From the NCBI RefSeq assembly GCF_000181795.1, contig NW_003526941.1, positions 3,437,689 through 3,501,688 on the forward strand: a stretch of DNA of 64,000 nt. Reading direction: 5' to 3'. The notes under the pieces are model-generated. The model worked only from the letters and a program-made list of their open reading frames with translations, was not told where the DNA came from and did no database searches. Both the position numbers and the translations under genes were made by a program. The DNA is from Trichinella spiralis. Its lineage: Eukaryota. Positions 24,852 to 38,780 of this stretch are shown in pieces (within the stretch, counting starts at the first letter, position 1; every line of letters begins with the position of its first letter).

Positions 24852-25592
24852 TCAAAATCGAAAAGTATAAAATTCTGGAATTAATGCTTGCAACAGTCGA
24901 TGAATGATTGTAGCAGTCAGACCCCAAATCCGATGACGACGCTCGTTGACGTAATAAACGGGTCGTACATAACCTGGTCCAGTACAAAATCTTGTATAAG
25001 ATTGATTTCTTGAATTGCAAAGTTCTGATATGGGAACAACCAGAAGACTTTCCACCTCGTCTTCGTTTATGCACAACTCATGAACGTTGACGTTAGAGCT
25101 AACTGTGCAAATAATCGGTGCTACAAGCCCGTCAGAAATAACTGTCCTTTGAAAATTCATCGCAAACCACGTTTCTACGTCTTCTTTAGACAGGCCAATC
25201 TCTTCGTACGCTTCCCTCAATGCAGCGTCAATTATTGATGCATCACTGGATTCAACTCTTCCTCCAGGAAAACTGATTTGTCCACGATGAATGCTCATTC
25301 GACTAGAGCGTACAGTAACCAGTATAGAGGGTACATTGTCGACAACAGCAAGTGGAACTAAAACCGCCCATCGAACCTTTTCACTCACATTACGAACAGA
25401 AGAAATTGAAGCTAACCGCTCCATGCATCGCTGTCTATTCACAGGTCCGAATATGTCAGCGGGTAAATTTAAAAGCCTTTTTGATGTTTCAAATAGGCCA
25501 ATTCTAGCAAAATTTAAATATCTTCGCAAAACTGGGCTTTTTTTACTCATCACAAACATATCAGACTTTACAAAAAATAAATCGTGCAACAA
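24852..25592 (-). CDS. Nudix hydrolase, CoA-diphosphatase (NUDT8-like); intronless; the true start may be the Met at ~25559
   Basis: AVLVPL...LVTVRS..M..HRGQISFPGG (CoA-Nudix motif), Nudix box AALREAYEEIGL and C-terminal IWGLTA. Confidence 0.9.
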   Translation of the reverse strand: MLHDLFFVKSDMFVMSKKSPVLRRYLNFARIGLFETSKRLLNLPADIFGPVNRQRCMERLASISSVRNVSEKVRWAVLVPLAVVDNVPSILVTVRSSRMSIHRGQISFPGGRVESSDASIIDAALREAYEEIGLSKEDVETWFAMNFQRTVISDGLVAPIICTVSSNVNVHELCINEDEVESLLVVPISELCNSRNQSYTRFCTGPGYVRPVYYVNERRHRIWGLTATIIHRLLQALIPEFYTFRF

Positions 25593-26056
25593 TTTCCTAC
25601 AGTAAATGGAGATAATAAAGTTTAATTAAAATGCATCGTCAAACAAAAACATGTTGGTAAACGTTTAAAAATAAACGAATTATTGCAGAATTGGAATTAT
25701 TTTAAAAGTGAAAAATAATACATTAAAAATATCTAAAATCAAACGATCTATTAACAATAAATTTGCATAAATGAAAATCATTAACATAAAAATTATCAAA
25801 AAATAAATGTCTAAAGCAATAATTAAATAAAAATTAATTAATTAATTAATTAATTTAAAACATTTTTTATTGAAATAACTTATTATCAGATGCTTTTCAT
25901 AGTTTTTATTTTTAAATAACTAATAAAAAACTGTGTTTTGTAAGTAAAGATACACAGGTTTTTTTGCAATTACGGTTACTGTATTTGTTTGAAATCAGTT
26001 GACCGGTGGTTGTCCTGGTGAAAGGTTGTCGTTTTGTTGAAGATATCTCTACGAAA

Positions 26057-27652
26057 ATGCCCAAGACGAAAAAGGGTGTCGAAAGAAGCAATGTAAGTTT
26101 TGTTTTTTTGTATAATTTACTTAAGATGGCTTTGTTGTTGACAATTCTTTGTCTGAGCCGTCGGATTTTTTATTTCCACGTTTACAATGATTTTCGCATA
26201 GTTCGCTTGTATGTTATTGAAAATAAAAATTCTTCTAATCTGCGTTTGTATAATTTTATTATTTACAGTAGTAAACATTTGAGATTTTTATTATTTTCAA
26301 AAACAATAAATTACTCCAATGTAACGCCCTGCCTAATCAGAAAGCGATGGAAGCTATTTGTCTCGAGCGGTGCTACATCCGACGGCTATAATATTATGAA
26401 AATAATGGTTTTGTTTTGAAGTTTTTAGTCAAAATTTTATTAATTGAAAATATTTTCTGAATTACAGTAGCAATATATCTGTTCTTGCGACTTATTGAAC
26501 CATCCACCCATTGATGTAGATGAATGCTGATGCTTTTTTCAAATTATTGTCCATTTGAATTGTAAAATATGAAACTGTTTAGGAAAGCGAAAATTCCACC
26601 AAAAGAGATGAAACACCGTCACCCGAAGGAAAATCAAATGCGATTAAAGAAATTAGCCTTGAAACTTTTTCGCGTGAAAAGTATTGCTATGAAATGAAAA
26701 GGTATATTTTTTTGCAAAAGTATGTTAATTTTAATGAATTTTGGGGATGATTTTCTTATTTGTTCAGATGTCGATTGCTTTTGGAAAGATTGCGAAATGA
26801 AAATGCCAAATTGCAGGCAGAATTGAAATCACGACTAACAGCCAAGCCGCAAGAGAATTTCATCGTCGTCAAGGTTTGTTGTTGTTGTTGTTTATTAAAT
26901 TTGAAAAATTGAAATTAAAAAAAATGTAATCATAAATTGCTTTTTGAATATTGTTTCAGTCAGAAATTGAAAAGAACAGTAACGTTGACAAGGATAAAAT
27001 TTCTGCGGATTGTCCGCAGACACTGCAAATGACGAAAGTGATGTTTAATTTTGAGAGAAAAAATATTTAAATTTTATTTTTGAATATTCTTTCAGTTGGA
27101 AAAAGAAAGTGCAGTTGAAGAAAGTGACAATACTACAGAATTGGTGAAGGCATTGGAAGTGATTGAAAATACTTTTCAGCTTGCCAAATGTTGTTTTAGA
27201 AATTTTTGTTTTTAGCGAGCGATACTTTCTTTGATATTTGAAAAACACGAATACATTGTCAGAACGCACCGAGCCGAGTGCTTGAAGCGTATGAGCATTG
27301 TGGATGAACTGAAAAAGCGGTAATTATTTTTATTATCATCAAGCAGTTATTCTCTTTTAATGTTATTCTTTTTTTTAAATATTACTTTATAATTGTTCGT
27401 GATTGTAGAATATTTGATGAAAATTTAAAGAACGAGATTATTCGGCGAGAAGAGCAATTGCAGAAAGCAGTCATTTATTATGAATATGTAACTTCTTTCA
27501 TAGACGTAAGTAATGTATGCATAAATAAAAATCCCGTAATAATAATAATAATATATGTTTAGAATAATGACAAAAGTTTTTCTTCGTTGTTCACATTGCA
27601 GTTGTTATCTGATAAAGCAAGCCGAATTCCTAAATTGGATGACTTATTTTAA
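26057..27652 (+). CDS. Hypothetical coiled-coil protein (8 exons)
   Basis: Exons joined by canonical GT-AG stay in frame: MPKTKKGVERSN|ESENSTKRDETPSPEG...|CRLLLERLRNENAKLQAELKSRL...|...RIPKLDDLF*. No family recognised. Confidence 0.7.
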
Positions 27653-27925
27653 ATTACCATTAGTCGATTGAAATAAGTTCTTAGTTTTCAATAGTTTGAT
27701 TATTGTCGGTGGTGGCTTTTCTTTTGCAGAATTGAATTTTAATACCGATCAGAAATGCTTAACTTTTAAATGAAATCCAGTTTTACTTTGTTATTATTAT
27801 TATTTTTGTTTAAACAAGCGATCACTTTAAACAAGTGATAGTTTAAAATGGTTTTTGATTTTAGCAAGGGTGGGGGGTTTGGTTTGTTTTGATTAAACAG
27901 TTAAGCTTGAGAACCAAGTGAAGAG

Positions 27926-29585
27926 ATGTCGGCTCTTTTGAATCACTCTCCGGCTTATTATTCGCCTACATGCTCGGCAGTTAATCCAAATCTGATTAAT
28001 CTAGAGGAAAAAGCGAAGTTGCCAAAAGAGTACGTCGCCGCTCGACCACTGTTTAAATTACCATATTATTTTGGCCATGGAACAGTTGAACAGTTTCAGT
28101 CGCATTTAGAGCACGAATCATCATATTTGTTGTTCATCGATTATGGAGACAACAACCAGCTGAAATTGATGCTCTGCGATCATCTGAACAATATCTTCCA
28201 ATGGCCGATCATGCAAACCGACAGTGGGTATTTTTTCATCAAATCTACAGATATTGATAAGCAATTTTTGAACGTTGACAATTTGATGAATTATCATATT
28301 TTTCAAAATACCAAATTCGAGGTAAGTGAATAAAAAATTTATTTGCAAAATTTTACTGAATATTGTTATTATTTTTTGTTTCAAAATAGACATTTGACAA
28401 AAGTTTCGTTACTCTGGACAATGCTGTTTACAGAAAATCGAAAAATTTAATATTGGAAAATAGTTCGAATTATAAGGAGTGGGATTATTTTGTTGAGGAG
28501 AATCAAATCGAGCAAATGGACAATTTATTGTTGTACAATGGTGATTTTGTTCTTGCCGAAGAGAAGAAGAACAATGGGATAATTTTGAAATTGTTCTACA
28601 AATGGAACGACCACATCTATTCGATGGTATTCAACAGAGAATGCAAATATTTTTTGCCACGTCACCACAATGGTCCCGAAGAATGGGTGGATAATTTGGA
28701 TAAACTGTTGAAGTCGTTGTGCATGTGCAATTTTCGTTTCAACGGCGTGCAGCTCATTCATCCGGTGAATGTGAAAAAGCGACTGAACATGCACATGACG
28801 CCTCCGGTGAAGCACAATGATGACGACAGTGTGGAAATTCGAAAGCCGGATGTTCCACTGTTCGATTTGCCATATTATTTTGGAGAAATTCGAAAAGAAT
28901 ACGCTGAACAACGCTTGAAGATGTTTTCCGACTTTTTGCTCTACACAGACTTGCAAACCAAGAAGCTGATGGTAGGTGTTGTCGGTGAATTGAGACAAAA
29001 AGAACAAATTTGTCATTTGGAAATTTATCCAAATGAAAAGCATCACTTCTGCTTGGTAAACGATGATCAATATTTGCAATGTTCGACCGTCGAGAGTTTG
29101 ATTTCGCATTATTTTCACAATTACAAACAATTACAAGTAACTCGGCAATGTTTTGGAATTCTTTCATTATTATATTTTATTATTCGCAGGGAAATGGAAT
29201 TGATTTCGATTTCATCTACTTGCTGGTGCCCAAGTACAGGGACAATTATGATTTGCATATTCGAGCGTCGAATATCAACTTGAGCAATGATCGGTGCTAT
29301 TTTGGTACAGATTTCCCAATAGAAAGCGTGAGAAAAAAATTGAAAAACAATGGCGATTATTTGCTGCAGACAAAGAACAGTGCAGATTTGATTACAGTAC
29401 GTTGGGAAGGGAAAATTTTCGACATCAAACCACAGAAAGATACAATTGGTTATATACTTCCGAAGAACAAAAACGACCAACCAACAGAACGAGTGAAATC
29501 GTTGAACGAATTTGCCAAGTCAGCGGTATACTGTAAATTTGTTTTCCACAACATCATGCTGTACAAGGCAGTAATGTTAAAGTGA
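27926..29585 (+). CDS. Protein of four tandem divergent SH2-like domains (exons 27926-28321, 28390-29137, 29190-29585)
   Basis: Four units start with PYYFG/WDYFV/PYYFG/RCYFG, followed by a helix and SYLLF/GDFVL/SDFLL/GDYLL. They end in SH2-like C-terminal segments (F.NVDNLMNYH; STVESLISHY). Splice junctions are in frame. Confidence 0.72.
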
Positions 29586-29769
29586 TTAACTTTGCTGAAA
29601 ACTTTACAATATTTGGAAAATATACATTTTTATACTGTTTGATAATTTTTATTTTTTATTTAAATTATATTTCTCCAAAGTTGAAAAGTTCACTTTCACA
29701 CACACATACAATTATGAATTGAAATAAATGCAATGTTTGTCAAAAGGAAAAACAATAAAATTCCCATTT

Positions 29770-30627
29770 TTATTGCGGAATAAGGCAAACTTTTCCGGTT
29801 AATGTTTGGCAGCATTTTCGACCGTAAGGGCAATCTCGATTTGTTCTGCAACTGTTGTGTATATTTCTGGGAATTCCGAAAAACGGTGGACATCTACCGT
29901 ATCCTGTAATGTTGAAAAAAAACAATTATTTTTTTTGTTTTTGTTTTTTGAATACTTTCAGTAAGAAATAGGAAAAATGAGAAAATCTACTGGAGAATAT
30001 TGCTAATTTTTTAAAATTTATATTCCACTCGAATAAAATTGACCCACGCTCACCATTGTTGTTCCAGTTGGGGTTGTGGTTCGGATATCCAGGGTTGCCA
30101 TTCCACGGTTTTCGACAGCACACTCCGTTGATGCAAATTTTGTTCCCTTGACAATAACCATAATTGCACCGGCCATAATGTCTCGAACCATCCGGGCACT
30201 TTTCTATAACAAGAAAAAAAGAGAAATACAATTCGATAATAATATTTGAAAATTTTTAATATGTCGAAACGTAAGTCAACAACTCACGCCAGCCTCCTCC
30301 GTTGTGTGGAGGGAAAAATGGAGGAAAATTTCCATTGCCACCGAAATTATTATTTTTACAACACCATCCATTGTAACAATACTGTGCAGTTGGGCATCGT
30401 CCACGAGGACACTGCTGAATTGGATATGTACGATCTGGGCACATGACTGTAAACAAACCAATAATATTATTTTTCAAAAAAAATAAACGCTTCAATTTTA
30501 CTGAAATATGACAAAATTCTAATGTATTTTTTTCTTTTAATTTTAGAAATGAATTGCTTTTCAACAACTTACAACTTTCACTTTGAACGTATAACAGGCA
30601 AAAAAAGATGAATATTGAAAAGAACAT
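29770..30627 (-). CDS. Secreted Cys-rich protein: two CC-type 6-Cys modules plus a C-terminal WAP-like module (4 exons)
   Basis: Signal peptide MFFSIFIFFCLLYVQSES. Modules CPDRTYPIQQCPRGRCPTAQYCYNGWCC and CPDGSRHYGRCNYGYCQGNKICINGVCC. Last exon GRCPPFFG...CRTNRDCPYGRKCCQTLTGKVCLIPQ*. Confidence 0.82.
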
Positions 30628-32197
30628 TATCGGTAAGATTGTATGCTTTTGGACTGCTTCGATTAAACATTTGCAAAAGTATTTTATATAAATAGAGTCT
30701 CGAGGGTCTTGTAACGCCTACGCATCATGCGCATCATCAGTGCATGTGTATGTGTAATTTTATGAAAGACAAGGAATTGATCAAATTGGGTTAAAATCAC
30801 TACTTTTGTCAGATGTTATTGCCCGGTATGCTTGTGCATTCTGCCTACGTAGATTCTACAAGCATTGTCCCACTTGAAACTGGTACTTGAAGTGTTATTT
30901 AAAAGAAAGTATTTAAAAAAATACCACTTCGACAGCTTATAAATAATATACGTATACAAGGTTACGTGTGAATATAACTACAAATAAGTTACGTTGTTGA
31001 TCAGTTCACGTTATGATAAAACGACATGTTGGCGCATTTGATAAAATGCAATTCTTAATTAAAAGTGAAATTTTTCAATTATTTTCATATTGCATGCAAA
31101 TTTATCATTACTATGATGTGATCAACGTTTAAGTAATCGATTCAAACGTGTGTTCAGTAACATGTTACAGTAATATCAGCATGCATTTTCTTAACTTCCG
31201 TGAACCACGTGATTTTTTTCAGGCGTGTGGTGTGTTTTAAAATTTCTTGTTCATTATATTATCACATTAATGAAAAGGTATGTTCTCCATAATTGATGTT
31301 CATTTCTATATCTCTATACATGTATCAATTATGTGGGTGTATTCTTCAAGTGTGAAAACAAAGCAAAACTTCTTTTGATTAAATGAATCAGTGAATGATG
31401 TGCAGGTGTAAAATTTATTATCATTTATTGCACGACTAATTTGATAAGTTTGTTTCATAGAAACGTTTGTGACCCCAAAATAGGTTAAATTTTTTATCTC
31501 CACGACATGCATTTAGTGGAACATCCGCTTTTGAAACAAACAATTCTAGAAAACATAAATAACATAACAAAATTTAATAAAATTTCATTTTTCACTCAAC
31601 TTATTTATTTTAATCGATTGATGAACGGCATGATGATGAATGAAATGGCATGAAATCTTTAAATTTTCCAATCTTTCCATTGTTCATGGTTTATGTTATT
31701 GCTGATGTTTTTTGAAAATTATTCGATAACACGTTTATCAACTGTTCTGCGTGCAATAATAAGTATGCTTAATATTAAAATTATAATTTTACATATTTGC
31801 AGAAAAAAACTAGTTTATATTTACATACAAGTGTGTGTATTGTGGTTTCCCTATTTTGTAATTCGCCAGATTGTTCCATTTTATATTGAACAAAAAATAA
31901 TAATAAATGAAAATTTCAAATGACATCTAGTTGACATGTTTTATTTGAAATAAAAATATTTCTCTGTTATTATTTGAGTATAAATTTGATGTGAAATGAA
32001 AGCAATAAATAATTTTTTTTTAATTATAATTTAAATTTAAACATTTATCAGGAAGAAACCAACGGAAAAGACTATAATTTGTTATTGCACTTATAATCTC
32101 GCATATGTGCAATTTATGAAATTGAACTAATTGTTGACTGTCGAGAGAAATCTGTTGATTGGAATTTGAATTTTTTCTGTTTTCATCATTTCAGAAT

Positions 32198-32808
32198 TCA
32201 ATTGCCAGTTTCTTCTTGAACTGTTTCGCTCTGTTTTTCATCAATAACACCGTCAACAACATTCAATTGATCCTCATTAACTGCTTCGTCCAATTGTTCC
32301 TGCTTTTCTTTAATTTCTTCAATTAAATTCTCTAAAACGGTTCCTTTGTCATCTTCGGGATTTTCTTTGGCTTCATCGATGATTTCTCCAACATTATCAG
32401 CTACACTGTTCAGTGTTTCGACAACTGGTCGTGGAAATGCAATATACAATCCATACTGCTTTTCTAGCCATTCAGTGTTAGATATGAAAGGGTCGAACAC
32501 GTCAAATCTTCCATACGGATAAGCTCCAATTCCATTGGCACTTTTTTTTGAGCAACACCAGCCATTGTAACAATAATATGGATCATTGCACGATTCCTCT
32601 GCACAACGCTCGGCTGTCAAAGATAGATCAGGGCAGACAACTGTAAAATAATTGAAAAATTATCAACACAAAAATATATATGCAAAAAAATTAGTGAATA
32701 GTAATTTGAAAATATTTTCATTTGTTTTCATCATCGCTTACATGCACTGATTAGATCAAACGGCGGATGAAAGAAAACCAATACAACTGCAGTAAGAAGA
32801 AGATGCAT
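32198..32808 (-). CDS. Secreted protein with one CC-type Cys module and an acidic tail (2 exons)
   Basis: Exon 1 MHLLLTAVVLVFFHPPFDLISA. Exon 2 FVCPDLSLTAERCAEESCNDPYYCYNGWCC followed by an E/D-rich region. Confidence 0.8.
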
Positions 32809-34318
32809 GGTCGTCAAATTGAGATTAAACTGACACGCTTTTTCGAAAATGAACATGCATTGCCAACAGTTTAAATTTATTTGTATGTAAAACTGGATTT
32901 GAAAATAAAAACTTGATTTTAATTCAATTTTTATTTTTTTATCAATAATTTGTTAATACAATGAACATTATCTAGTTTTATTATATGCGGAAAACGTGAT
33001 ATTATTTATGAATAAACATATGTGGAATTCTTATGCTCGATAGTCGTTTCGCCTTTATACACTTTGATAACTGTAATTCGGTCTGATTATTGATGTTTTA
33101 TTTTCACTTAATATAAAAGCTTATCTATTTAAATTTTCCATAATTATACACAATTAACGTTTTATATTTCATTTTCATAATAAAATATCATCTGTAAATG
33201 TTAAGTTTTCTTAAAATTTACTCATAAAAACTGGCGCTCATGAAATAATTCCTGCATTTCTACAACGCGCCGACTGCAACGGTAATGTGCGCTAATGAAA
33301 ATCAATTGTTGTTGTTTGCTCGTGTTTTAAAAAACTTTGATTTAACTTTAATTTTTATAATGTGATAATTTAAAATTATGCAAATATATTTATTGATTTT
33401 ATTTTTCAAACAAAAATTAAAAGAGAGGGAAAATCGTATGATACACTGCAAAGAAAATTTGCAACTGGATGCGTTTTATTTTCTGTTTTCTCAATAATCA
33501 TATTTCATTTTTTATCGCAATTAACATTTTTTATCACTCATTAGTAGAGGAAATTTTTAAAGCAAGAATTGAAATTTTTTTTGACAATCTATTTTGTAAA
33601 AACGATATAATAATAATTTCATCACAACTGCAACAAAACAGGTTATGATTGATGATTTTGTCACTTTCAACCGCAACGTAATTTGCAACAAAACCTGCAT
33701 CCGAACAGAGAGAATTTATATTTCATAACACTAATATTACAATATTTACAATTCTCATATTAATTTGCATTTTATTATCAAATTGAAGAGAAAAACAAAT
33801 ATATACATGAAACTTTAATATCAGATATATAATTGCAAGTAGTGAAACTGGGATTTGTACTGCAATACATACAAACACACACACACACACACAGATACAA
33901 ACGACAATGAAGCATACATGCGGTTGAGAACTTTCAAATGCTTATTTATAACGTTCCACTATTCAAATTTATTCAAATATAAATTTATATTCTTGCACAG
34001 TCCGTTTTGAAGTAATTGTAATGTAATTTTCACTTCATGTTGGCTATTTTAATGTAGCATGCATGTGTTTTTTTTAATTTCAATCCTTACATTACAATAT
34101 TTAATAAATTATGGAATAAATTAATTATAGATCAAATTTTTGTTTCCATAAAATAAAAAGATTTATTTTCAAGATTTTTACCGTATCAATCAGTTTATCC
34201 TTCTTATTTTTTTTCATTACGGTATTTGATTCTTCGGATGTATAGTTTTGTTTTATAGGGGTAGTTTCTAGAACATCTTGAACAATTCTCATCATTTGTG
34301 GGCTTTTTTGTCCCCAAC

Positions 34319-37300
34319 ATGGAACCAATATTAATTGCCATCGTTTCAATTACTGTTATTTTAACTTTTATTTTTCTGGTTTATCGTTACGGAGCCGGAG
34401 AGCAGGCGTTGGAGTGCTTTCTGTTTCGAAAAGTTAACGAAGATGTGACGCAAATTAATGGATTGAAAAAACGAGATTTGAAGCAGAGCGTGAAAATTAG
34501 CAAAAGAAAAAAGGGAAGAAAAGAGAAATCTCGCAAGGTAAATTTTTATTCATTTCTGCATTTCCGTTTGTCAAACTTTGAATTGCATTTTTCGTGATTC
34601 TGTTTAAATGTATATTTAATTTTTCCATTATTAATGTGAATTCAAGTTTCTTATTGATATTTTTACTTTATCATTCAGAACTTTTCCGTGTTGAATAAAT
34701 GATATATATTGGCATCTTTTATTAATGCTGATGTTGCAATGAATTCTATTTTATTTATGTTAATTCATTGAAAAATTTAAACTTTATTATTATTTATTAT
34801 GTAAAGAGTTTTATTTTTTCAACCTGTGTTCTTTTTCTTTTTTGTCAAATTTAAACTGCCTTGCATTGAGCTATTGTTTTTCGTCAATGCGCATGTGTAA
34901 TTTGGTTGAAGTGATCATTTCTCTTAGGCGTAACTGTTATGGTTAATGTTTGAAATATTTATTTTTTTGACAGCTCGAATTATATATAGGGAAGTGAAAA
35001 TTGATTCTTCATGTTGATGTAACTTTTGTATTACGCGTATTTCTGTGTATTAATTTGTAGTTTTTCGACAAGGATAAATCAATTAGCTTGCATCAAATTA
35101 GCTGAAATTGCTGTCTATTGTAAGAGGAATTTTGATAAGCGTACAAATTATTTCAGTGTAACTTTTATTTTGTAAAAAATTGTCCCAAAACTGTTTAAAT
35201 TGTATATTGTAATGTTCTATGTTAAGATATTTCAGAGAGGGAAAATATATAATATTGTGGAAAAGAGATATCGGCATTTGAAAAGAGGTAAAAGCAGGCA
35301 TGATGGTGTATTGAAGTCCTCGGTCGACAGAGACGATTCATCTGTTGAAACTGAAATTTCTGAAAAGCTGCCTTCTTTCGAAGAAAAGTAATCGATTTTG
35401 TCCAATTGGTTTCGCTTCGAACGGTATTTTTGCATTTCAGCAAAGACAAAATTGCCCAGAAGAAACAAAAAAGGCGCACCAATTTCAACAACACAGATGA
35501 ATCCGACGGGACAGGTATAATATTCATTAGTTTTTTTAATTTTATATTATTTCAATCATTTGTCAAAGGATAGGAAATATTTTATTTGTAGTGGAAAATG
35601 TTTTTAGATGCGCAGCAGTTTGAATGCATGCAAATGATCAGGCAGTGTAAAAATTTGAAATTCACCGAAGATGAACAGAATGAAATTATGGATCTTTTGG
35701 GACATGGTGGCATTTTGAAAAAGGTTTCTTTTTTCACCTAAAAATTTTAATTTCATTCTTACTGTTGAATTTGATTTTCAGCTGGATGAGACACTGGCGG
35801 ACAAGCAGAAGCTGCAGAGTCAGTTGAATGAGAAAGTGAAATTGTTGAAAAGTGAGCGATCCACGGTTGGTGAAATGCGAAAAAATCTCGAAGCCACAAA
35901 GTTTGTTTGAAAAAATTAATAAATTTGATAAACAATTAAATAATTTCATATGTTGTTTTATTAATTAAGAAGCGAGTTGAAGGAAATGCGCACCAAGCAA
36001 GCACAGAACGAAATCTTACTAGCTCAGCAGAGTCGAGATGCGAAAGTGCGAAAGTTTTTATTTATTATTTTTATTAATATAACAGATTTTCATTTAAACA
36101 GTTGAAAAATGAAGCAGCACTGAAAAAGCAGTTATCACGAGCTATGCAGTTGGAAAGGGAATTGGCAGCTTATGCGAAAGTACAAATTTTGAAATTGTGT
36201 TTTGCGTTTCAGTAAAATTGAATTTTAGGAAAAGGAAGATTTGCTTCATGGTGTGAAAAGACAAAAGTAATAATTATTTAAATATAATAGAATAATAAAT
36301 ATTTTTGTTTTGCAAAAAAAAACATAATAGACAACGGCTGGATGAACAGGAGAAGAAGATTGGTCAATTACTAATGGATGTGAGAAATCGTGAAGAGCAG
36401 TTGCTTCGAAACGAACGTAGCCGCAGAGATGCAGAATGCCGCTTAAATGCTCTACAAGCGGATTTCGAAAAATGCTTGGTTGTTTGAAATATGTCAGTTT
36501 TTTAATTTAATTAAATTTTGTTTCAGGCAATGAAACGGAAGTTGCAATCTTGTATTGCAAATTCACAGATTCCGATACTTGCGAATGTTTTGAGAATGGA
36601 GCAAGAGACTACTAATCCATCATCATTATCCGATTGGACTGCAGTGGAACTTAGCTTTCAATCTTTGATTCAGCTGGCTAAACAGAATTCTGAATTAATG
36701 TCCTTGATAGAAAAGCAGCGGAACGACTATGAACTTACTATATCAGGGATGAAGCAACAACTGGATAACTGTAACGCGGAGCGAATGCTAGAATTGCAGT
36801 CTGAGAAAGCTGCAAAGCAAATAATGGAAGACCGTATCCGTGATTTGCAGAAAGTATGAACATTAAAAAGTTATAAATTATCAGAAAATTTATTTGACAG
36901 ATAAATATGTATTTTATGCAATTTTTTTCTTTTCAGATTTTGACTGCAACTCAGAATAAACTGGATGACAGTGAAATGATGATTAGCACGCTTTTGAAGC
37001 AAATAATTGAACTGGAAAAAGAACAGACTGCAATCAAACAAGCTGCTGCCATCTCGAAGCTGTCCACCAAAGAAGCACAAACGGTGGATATGTCGTAAGA
37101 GAATTTTCGCATTTTTTGCATTTTTGAAGGATGAAACAATAATCATATTTTGAAATTAAAAAAATTGATTTGATCTTTTAAAATAATTTTCCAGAGTGCA
37201 GACGGTTCAAGTAACAAGTAACAAAAACATGGTGGTGAATGGATCAAAATTTCATCATTCCGACAATGCAAATCAAGCTGGCATTAAGAACGTTAATCCA

Positions 37301-37824
37301 ATTAATGGACTTTGTGAGAAGTATATGAAAATTTCACAAATTAATAATAAAGTAATAATGTTAGAAAAATTTCTATTATTTATGTTTCTTAGCTACGTCG
37401 AAGAGGGGAAGATTTCCAACAAATTGAATGGATACAATGATGTGAAATGTACTCCGGAGATGTGTTCAAAGGTAAACGTTAATTTTCATAAGTTTTTAAA
37501 TTACTCTTTTTTATCACTATTCGAAATATGTTTATGAATAATCATGAATCATGAATAATTTTTTTATTAATTGGATATACTGCATTGTTGAATGTTGTAT
37601 GCTTGAAGTGCTAATTTTGCTTTTGCAAAGTGATAAAATTTGATATCTAATTATTTTTTTTGTTGATCTTTTAGTTGTCGCTTGAAGAATTCATTAGAAT
37701 GAAATTAATGTTGATATTTTGATTTTGTTTACAGCAGTCTGTCGTTGTTGCAGCTGATGAATTCGACGTTGTTTTGTTACGACAGATTTTTGATCATTTG
37801 AAGGTGAAATATTCCGCATATACA

Positions 37825-37861
<37 letters not shown>

Positions 37862-38780
37862 TCGTTTTGTTTATTTGTATTTTAAAATATTTTAAAGGCT
37901 ATGGAAATAAAGTACAAAAACTGTTGGGAAGAAAATACTGCTGAAAGTGAACACGATCAAGCTTTATCATATTGGTTGAATTTTCTGAAAATGATGGAAG
38001 CACACATGGATCGCTGCCATAAGAGGATAGATGAGCTAGAAAATGATTGTAAACGGATGAATTTGAAAAATAAAGTTTACATAATAAAGTCACTTTAAAT
38101 TTATTATTTTTTAATTGCATATTTTGTAGGATCTGCGAGAAAAAAATTACGCATTGTCTGACTGCGTTCACATCTCAGAAAAGAACTTGCAACAGACGGT
38201 GCATTTAATGAAGGTAGTAGTAGCAGCATGTTTTATTATTATTATTATTATCATTATTTCATTTGTACCAAAAATTTTTATATTAAGAATTTAATTTTTA
38301 TATTCTATTTTAGTGTAATTTTGATGATAAACTGAAGCAGAATTTGGAACTGACGAAAAAGTGTTTTTCATATTTCCATCCGGATGTTGTATTTCCACAG
38401 TTTCCCGTAATATATATGATTTAATATATATCTTATCATTATCAACAGTGTTATTTGTAAATTTTAGGATTTTGAATCGTTTTTCGACTGGGCTAAAGCG
38501 AACTGCAAGGTGAAGCGATTATTAAGTTTTTTGTCAATTTTTAAGCAATATTAAACTATAAGTTGATTTGAAAAATGTTCATAAATTTAGAACAGTGATA
38601 AATTTGCTGCTGCTTCAGCTGGAAAAGAACATCCAATTTACAATAAGGATCTTGTGAAATTATTATCTGAAACGGTGAATGATAAGATTTTTTGCATCAT
38701 TTTATTGCAATTTACAAATGTAGACAAATTTTTAGGAAGACTTTTTGTTCAATTTGGAAATGCGGTTGAAATCAAAGTAG
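34319..38780 (+). CDS. N-terminally anchored long coiled-coil protein, kinectin/ribosome-receptor (RRBP1)-like architecture (many exons)
   Basis: TM segment MEPILIAIVSITVILTFIFLVYRY, then a Lys-rich stretch KISKRKKGRKEKSRK, then heptad-rich exons (RLDEQEKKIGQLL; LIEKQRNDYELTISGMKQQL). The family call rests on architecture only, and this could be two genes. Confidence 0.55.
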
